The notes under the pieces are model-generated. The model did no database searches. It saw only the letters and a program-made list of their open reading frames with translations, and had not been told where the DNA came from. From assembly GCA_951406725.2 (NCBI GenBank), contig OX597842.1:20894001-20958000 (forward strand): a stretch of DNA of 64,000 nucleotides, in the 5' to 3' direction. Shown in pieces: positions 56,495 to 64,000 of the stretch (its first letter is position 1; every line of letters begins with the position of its first letter). The DNA is from Octopus vulgaris. Taxonomy: Eukaryota. A program made the translations under genes and the position numbers.

Positions 56495-56546
<52 letters not shown>

Positions 56547-56553
56547 GTCTTCT

Positions 56554-56596
<43 letters not shown>

Positions 56597-56642
56597 GTCT
56601 GTCTATCTATCTATCTATCTGTCTGTCTGTCTGTCTATCTGT

Positions 56643-56684
<42 letters not shown>

Positions 56685-56945
56685 GTCTCTCTGTCTATCT
56701 ATCTATATATCTATATATCTATATATCTCTCAGTCTGTCTATCTATCTACCTGTCTGTCTATCTATCTATATATCTATCTATTTATCTATCTATCTATCT
56801 GTCTATATATCTATCTATGCAGTTATGTGTCTGTCTAATAGTATATTTATGTGTCTACCTATATAAGTATGTATGTATGTATGTATGTACGTACGTACGT
56901 ACGTATGTATGTATGTATGTATGTATGTATGTATGTATGTATGTA
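56455..56945. repeat. (TCTA)n/(TATG)n microsatellite block
   Basis: Direct reading. Confidence 0.9.
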
Positions 56946-57655
56946 TCAATCTATCTGTCTATCTCTGTCTGTCTGTCTGTTTGTAAGTATCTATTTAACT
57001 TCCATCTCTGTCTGTCTGTCACTTTTATATCTGACTGTACATCTTTTTTTCAATAAATGTATGTGTATATGTACGTATGTACCTATATGTATCTATGTAT
57101 CCACGTATGTAAGTATGCATGTATGTGTGTGTATGTATGTTGCGTGTGTACGTATGTATTTATCTTTTTATGTATGTCTCTGTCTATATATCTAAATATC
57201 AATAATAACAAAGGGTAAAATTAATTAATTAAGAAGTAATCAATAATTTCACCAAGTAGAATTCGGCATGAAAAAAGGACCATTTCATGGTAAACTTAAG
57301 TAATACTAAATAATTAGGGTTCAGCAAAGATTTGCTTCACCACGTACCGATTCCTTCTAGTTTAGAAATAGCAGCCAAAAAACGTTAGCTATTTTGGTTT
57401 TTTTCTTCTAACGTTTTTTTTATTTCTAAAATGTGGGACTCCCATTTATATCTAAATATCTATAAAAATCTATCTGTTTATCTATCTGTCTATCTTGCAA
57501 TCACTTAATCTGCCTGTCTGTATGTCTCTGCCTGTCTGCCTCTCTGTCTGTCTACTTGTCTTGCTAGTTTCTATTCATCTGTTTGTCTATCTGTCTTTAT
57601 GTGACCGAGTGTCGTTGTGTATATGCCTGCGTGGGTGTCTATTTATCTGTCTCTC

Positions 57656-57801
57656 TTGGTAAGTAGCTTGTTTACCAACCACATGGTTCCGGGTTCAGTC
57701 TCACTGTGTGGCATCTTGGGCAAATATCTTCTACTATAGCCTTGGGCCGACCAAAGCCTTGTGAGTGGATTTGATAGACGGAAACAGAAAGAAGCCTGTC
57801 G

Positions 57802-57835
<34 letters not shown>

Positions 57836-58050
57836 GTTGTGTGTCTGTGTTTGTCCCTCCAAGCCATCGCTTGACAACCGATGCTGGTGTGTCTACGTCC
57901 CCGTCAATTAGCGTTTCGGCAAAAAGAGACCTATAAAATAAGTACCGGGCTTAGAAAGAATAAGTCCCGGGGTCGATTTGCTCGACTAAAGGTGGTGCTC
58001 CAGCATGGCCGCACTCAAATGACTAAAACAAGTAAAAGAGTTAAAGAGAG
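57656..58050 (+). mobile_element. tRNA-derived CORE-like SINE
   Basis: TGGTAAGTAGC...GGTTCAGTC (B box-like)...CTTGGGCAA core, internal (TG)n, tail ending ACAAGTAAAAGAG. Confidence 0.85.
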
Positions 58051-58284
58051 TAAGAGTAACTACTTTTCTGTCCATGTCTGTCTCTCTCTCTCTCTCTCTC
58101 GCTTCTACCCTCCATACCTACCTACCTACCTACCTACCCACCTATCTATCTCTCTATCTATCTATGCCTCTCAATTCGTCTATCTATATGAGTCTGTTAC
58201 TCTCCCTTTGTCTCTCTCTCTCTCGGCGATGTAAATACACCGTCATCAGTTGTTCAGCAGTACGCGCGACAAACACAGGTACAA

Positions 58285-58362
<78 letters not shown>

Positions 58363-58389
58363 GTATATTACTGGGTCATAAATCTCTTA

Positions 58390-58785
58390 ACTCTTTTACT
58401 TGTTTCAGTTATTTGAATGCGGCCTTGCTGGAGCACCGCCTTTAGTCGAGCAAATCGACCCCCAGACTTATTCTTTGTAAGCCCAGTACTTTTTCTATCG
58501 TTCTCTTTTGCCGAACCGCTAAGTAACGGGGACATAAACACACCGCCATCGGTTGTCAAGTAATGCTAGGGGGACAAACACAGACACACAAACATATACA
58601 CACATGCATATATATATATACATATATGCGACGGGCTTCTTTTCAGTTTCCGTCTACCAAATCCACTCACAAAGCTTTGGTCGGCCCGAGGCTATAGCCG
58701 AAGACACTTACCCAAGATGCCACGCAGTGGGACTGAACCCGGAACCATGCGGTTGGTTAGTAAGCTACTTACCACACAGCCACTT
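58390..58785 (-). mobile_element. Same SINE family, inverted
   Basis: Reverse complement of the 57656-58050 and 60380-60750 copies. Confidence 0.85.
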
Positions 58786-58829
58786 CTGGGCCTATAATGC
58801 GTTTCTTTATACTTTTATTATTCAAACTT

Positions 58830-59715
58830 AAGATAATGTTCTCTTTTTTATCTAAAATATATTCTTTCATTTTCTATAATCCTCTTCCATCTATCTGGTA
58901 AACTTACAACATTCCTCTTCCAAAATTCGCTTGTCCGTGACCAAAAATACTTCTCCAGTACTCTTCTGACCTCGTCTAGAGAATTCATATTTTGTCTGTC
59001 GAATAAAGGATAATCCAATGGGGCAAACATGGTGGGTGGGGCATCGTTTTTCATTCAAACTGCTCCAGCCTTTGGAATGTCATCCTTGCTGTTTATGGCC
59101 GAGCATTATCCTGATGGAAGAACACCTTTCGTCTTGAAACCAAAGATAGTCGTTTCTATTCTAGCACTGACTTAAGCCGTTTAAGCTCCTCGCGGTAAAC
59201 CTCTTTTGTTATCGTTTGGTTTGAGCTTAAAAGTTCAAAGTGGACTAAACCTTTCATATCTCACTGTTCTCACTGTCTTTGGCGCATGACATTTTTATAG
59301 AGAACCCATTTCTCGTCACCAGTCAATCACTATTCGGACGGAAAAAAAGGTTCATTCGTGAGATGTGACAGAAAAAATTAACACGCATTCACCCTCCGTA
59401 CGCGATGTGTTTCGGAAATTTTGTGACGAACCCATTGACTCAATTTGCTGACTTCCTATGACACGCAGGTGTCGATGAATGGTTGAATGACCAAATACAA
59501 GCTGCTCTGCTAGTTGCTCAACCGTTACAATGGGATTTTGTTCCAATAGGGTTTGCAGGATGTCCTCGTCGAGCTCTACAGATCTTCCCGGACGAAGCTC
59601 GTCTCATAGGCTGTATTTTTCAGCTCGGAATTTCTGGATCCACCGTTGACACTAGCTTGAGCTTAGTTTGAACCCTGTACACTGCGTTAATGTTCGTCCC
59701 GCTTTCCGTTGCATA
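58830..59715 (-). mobile_element. Degraded mariner transposase
   Basis: HSTIHRHLR (HTH), TGDEKWVL, FFHQDNARP, SLPDRWKRIIENERIYF. Confidence 0.85.
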
Positions 59716-60024
59716 GATATATATATACAGGGTAAAGAATTATTAATTTAATAATTAATAACTTTTACCAAGTAGTTCGGTATGAAAAAAAAACATTATC
59801 GGTAAAAACTTATACAAAAACTATTTTTTTACTATTATAAAAGAGTTATTTCGTTTTTGGATTTAGTTTACAAGATTCTTTATATGAGTTCGTGTTTTGA
59901 AGCATATTTTGTTGTGTCTGGGGAGAGTCATTTTCTTTTTGTGCCTTATAATGTAACACACTCACCGGTAAAATTTCCACTTATTTCTTATTTTTATTTT
60001 CCTAAAATTTTCTTTGCGTCTTCC

Positions 60025-60290
60025 AACACTAAGTAACGGGGACGTAAACACACCAGCATCAGTTGCCAAGCAATGTTGGGGAGACAAACACAGACACACA
60101 AATACACACACATACACATATATACAACGGGCTTCTTTTAGTTTCCGTCTACCAAATCCGCTCACAAGGCTTTGGTCGGCCCGAGGCTATAGTAGAAGAC
60201 ACTTGCCCAAGATGCCGCGCAGTGGGACTGAACCCGCAACTGTGTGGTTGGTAAGAGAGCTACTTACAATATAGTCACTCCTGCGCCTAG
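60025..60290 (-). mobile_element. Same SINE family, 3'-truncated, minus strand
   Basis: Matches the head and body of the 60380-60750 copy in reverse complement. Confidence 0.8.
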
Positions 60291-60379
60291 GTATTTACAG
60301 CGAAAATTTTCCCCCAATACAACAATATACTGTGAACGTATATACTTGTATGTATGCATATATATTTATATATTATTTC

Positions 60380-60750
60380 AGGAGTGGCTGTGTGGTAAGT
60401 AGCTTGTGTACCAACCACATGGTACCGGGTTCAGTCCCACTGCGTGGCACCTTGGGCAAGTGTCTTCTACTATAGCTTCGGGCCGACCAAAGCCTTGTGA
60501 GTGGATTTGGTAGACGGAAACTGAAAAGAAGCCCGTCGTATATATGTGTGTGTGTCTGTGTTTGTCCCCCTAGCAGTGCTTGACAACCGATGCTGGTGTG
60601 TTTACGTCCCCGTCACATAGCGGTTCGGCAAAAGAAACCGATAGAATAAGTACTGGACTTACAAAACAATAAGTCCCGGGTTCGAGTTGCTCGATTAAAG
60701 GCGGTGATCCAGCATGGCCGCAGTCAAATGACTGAAACAAGTAAAAGAGA
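60380..60750 (+). mobile_element. Full-length copy of the CORE-like SINE
   Basis: GGAGTGGCTGTGTGGTAAGTAGC...GGGTTCAGTCCC...CCTTGGGCAAGT...GAAACAAGTAAAAGAG. Confidence 0.88.
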
Positions 60751-60925
60751 GAGTGTATGCGTGTATGTGTATGTGTGTGTATGTGTGTGTGTACCTGCAT
60801 GTGTATATTCGTTTATACTCGTACCTTCAAATGGCATTTTAAACAAACACTTCCTAGCTTAAGCTAGTAAAACACGCAAAGAAAAAGAATATTAAAAATG
60901 TTTCATAAAAGTATTTATTGTGCAC

Positions 60926-61835
60926 AAATTTTCCTTAAATTATTCATGTTTGCTCCCTCTCGTTGTATGCTGTTTGCTAGTATCAAGTATACGTTGTCCT
61001 TAAATTTTCCTTAAATTATTCATGTTTGCTTCTCGTTGTATGCTGTTTGCTAGTATCAAGTATACGTTGTCCTTAAATTTTCCTTAAATTATTCATGCTT
61101 GCTCCCTCTCCTTGTATGCTGTTTGCTAGTATCAAGTATACGTTGTCCTTAAATTTTCCTTAAATTATTCATGCTTGCTCCCTCTCGTTGTATGCTGTTT
61201 GCTAGTATCAAGTATACGTTGTCCTTAAATTTTCCTTAAATTATTCATGCTTGCCCCCCTCTCGTTGTATGCTGTTTGCTAGTATCAAGTATACGTTGTC
61301 CTTAAATTCTCCTTAAATTATTCATGTTTGCTCCCTCTCGTTGTATGCTGTTTGCTAGTATCAAGTATACGTTGTCCTTAAATTTTCCTTAAATTATTCA
61401 TGTTTGCTGCCTCTCGTTGTATGCTGTTTGCTAGTATCAAGTATACGTTGTCCTTAAATTTTCCTTAAATTATTCATGTTTGCTCCCTCTCGTTGTATGC
61501 TGTTTGCTAGTAGTCAAGTATACGTTGTCCTTAAATTTTCCTTAAATTATTCATGTTTGCTCCCTCTCGTTGTATGCTGTTTGCTAGTATCAAGTATACG
61601 TTGTCCTTAAATTTTCCTTAAATTATTCATGTTTGCTGCCTCTCGTTGTATGCTGTTTGCTAGTATCAAGTATACGTTGTCCTTAAATTTTCCTTAAATT
61701 ATTCATGTTTGCTCCCTCTCGTTGTATGCTGTTTGCTAGTATCAAGTATACGTTGTCCTTAAATTTTCCTTAAATTATTCATGTTTGCTCCCTCTCGTTG
61801 TATGCTGTTTGCTAGTATCAAGTATACGTTGTCCT
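60926..61835. repeat. 76-bp minisatellite, ~12 near-identical copies
   Basis: Unit aaattttccttaaattattcatgtttgctccctctcgttgtatgctgtttgctagtatcaagtatacgttgtcctt, head to tail with no spacers. Confidence 0.95.
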
Positions 61836-61965
61836 CGTGTACCATCTTGTAAGGTTTCGCTTTCATTCTGACTTGCTTTGTGCTTCTTTTTGGGGATCTT
61901 TTCCTTTTGAACGGCAGATGTCAACACAATTTCTAGTTAACTAAACACTTTTAAACTTCGTATCC

Positions 61966-62645
61966 TGGTAGAATGTGTTTATAAAACATCATTTTTTTCT
62001 TGGCTTTATTGAGAATATTCTATAGTTTGTAAGATATTTCGGCTGAAATTTCGAGCATTTCGGCAATTTTAACCAATCGCTCACCTCCATTTTGGGTGAA
62101 AAGATTCTGTGCTGTATGAATATGTTCCTTGTTTAAGAAACCGATTGGGTTTATTTACATTTGCGAAGAAAAAAAGATACCCTTGCCCACCCTAACCCTA
62201 ACCCTAATCCTAAAATAGTTTGAAATGCAATAGATCGATTCTAGGGTCATAATTATGGGTGACAATTTCATACGATACCTCTACGGAAAATGGGATTTTT
62301 TCTAGCGGTGTCAAATGAAAATGTCACCCATAATTATGACCCTAGTATCGATCTATTGCATTTCAATCTATTTTAGAATTAGGGTTAGGGTTAGGGTTAG
62401 GTTAGGGTTAGCGTTAGGGTTGGGGGAAGGGTATCTTTTTTTCTTCGCAAATGTAAATAAACCCAATCTGTTTCTTAAACAAAGGACATATTCATACAGC
62501 ACGGAATCTTTTCACCCAAAATGGAGGTGAGCGATTGGTTAAAATTGCCGAAATGTTCGATTTTAAAGTGGAAATACGTTACAAACTATAGAATTTTCTC
62601 AATAAAGCCAAGAAAAAAATGATGTTTTATAAACACATTCTACCA
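61966..62645. mobile_element. Palindromic MITE-like element (~300-bp arms) with internal (CCCTAA)n/(TTAGGG)n
   Basis: tggtagaatgtgtttataaaacatc... on the left mirrors ...gatgttttataaacacattctacca on the right. ~45-bp centre at ~62271-62314. Confidence 0.88.
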
Positions 62646-64000
62646 TTCTACCATTCGTTGTGCCTTTATGCTCCCCTAAGGATGCATAATCAGTGAGCCC
62701 TGAGTTTTCTTCTGACTCAATTTATTGCCAGATTTGAGTCCCTTATCATTTCCCTTTTCACAAACACAAACAAATATTGTGGGTTTATGTCGATGTCTTT
62801 TATGAGATGTTGGCAATGTTACGAATGACTAAGATGGAAAAAAACAAGGGTGGAATGAAAAATATTAAGATGACAATTTCATATTAGCAGCACCAGCGAG
62901 AAGGCCATGAATGGATAACAGAGAAATATAGAAAAGTGTACATTGGAGTGGGAAGCAACAATTGTTTTGATATGAAATAACTGGGTTCTCATGACAAACA
63001 CGAAGTTAATATTACGTTACACACATTTGAGAAGATTTATTTGATAAAAGAAAGGCTCCAACGAGGAAAAAATGACATTTGATCATTTCTGACAGTTTTG
63101 TCGTTTATTTCGACAAAATATTTGATCGGTGCAAATGATTATTCCGCAGCAAATATATCTCACGCGACGGCAAGACTTAAATGAGGATTTAAATTAAGTT
63201 AAAAAATAGATCATTAGAAGGTGAAATTTATTGATTTCTACGCTAATACGAAACATAAATATGTCTTATGTTATATATTTTATATAATGTGGTCAAAGTT
63301 ACAGAGTGACTCGAAGACTGGAAGTTTCGCTTATTGCCATTAACAGTCAAAGCAAATGTACTAAGCGTATTTCGTTATCTGTGCTTACGAATATTTTAAA
63401 TACTTTTCAAAATATTTCTGTTGTTAATTCTTAGTCATTCGTAACATTGCCAACATTTCATAAAAGACATCGACATAAATGGTTTTCATACAGAATAATA
63501 TTTCCAAACTTGTTTTCATCGCTTATGAAGAAGAAAAAATTATTAACGGACAACAAACACAGCAACTGCGTATGCGGCCAGGGTGTTTGGTAAGGAATAG
63601 TCACTCTTATTACATCCCTTTACATAATTTTGGTTTTCTCCCTTTGACCGTTATTATTCAGGTTTGGAGAAATATGCGGGGTTTTTCTTTGCAAAAACCT
63701 TTGAACAAATTTAATTTTTTGTACTTTCTAATTTCAGTTTCATAGAAAGAACAATTTGTTTCGTAAAACATAAATTTACCCCACTATTTTCCTCAGATTT
63801 CCCCCTTATTTTTGCTTCCATTTGGATATTATCTTTTGATAAACAAACCTTGTTTTCACTTTGAGTTTCTTGCAATTTTTGGCAAATTCCCAGTTGCAGA
63901 ATTTCTTTAGAAATTTGTTGTGCAATATCATATTTATATAATTTCCATCCTATATGTGCTTGGAATAACCTGATGGAAAGGCAAATAAAACAATCTAAAA

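Noticed and set aside
60926-61835. CRISPR-like array
   Set aside because: Contiguous repeats without unique spacers, no cas genes, eukaryotic context.
62190-62421. Telomere-telomere fusion site
   Set aside because: Orientation is CCCTAA...TTAGGG, the opposite of a fusion, and the short arrays are embedded in inverted arms.

Overview
AT-rich, microsatellite- and transposon-dense animal genomic DNA, most likely an octopod cephalopod (inferred from the SINE types and repeat landscape). The ORF track does not assemble the main feature: a minus-strand leucine-rich-repeat (LRR) gene built from isolated 72-bp exons, each encoding one LRR and bounded by AG/GT in phase 2. I find six intact LRR exons (42148-42219, 27061-27132, 23236-23307, 15933-16004, 8077-8148, 2107-2178), an LRRNT/signal exon (46327-46451), a candidate start exon (47171-47228) and a TATA+Inr promoter with a non-coding first exon (~55592-55665). 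They splice into one open frame that runs off the left edge, so the C-terminus is unknown. Five of the six LRR exons lie in tandemly duplicated 6-7.3 kb exon+intron units. The introns are very similar, while the exons differ almost only by amino-acid-changing substitutions, concentrated at the exposed x positions of LxxLxLxxN. One cassette is broken by a LINE and two unit copies lack their exon. This suggests a rapidly diversifying, modular LRR recognition receptor. The rest is transposon-derived: a near-full-length Tx1-type LINE in a (TCTA)n tract, Dong/R4, CR1, Hero-like, Gypsy, Penelope, mariner and hAT relics, SINEs, MITEs and a 76-bp minisatellite. All counts are by eye and need confirming by alignment.
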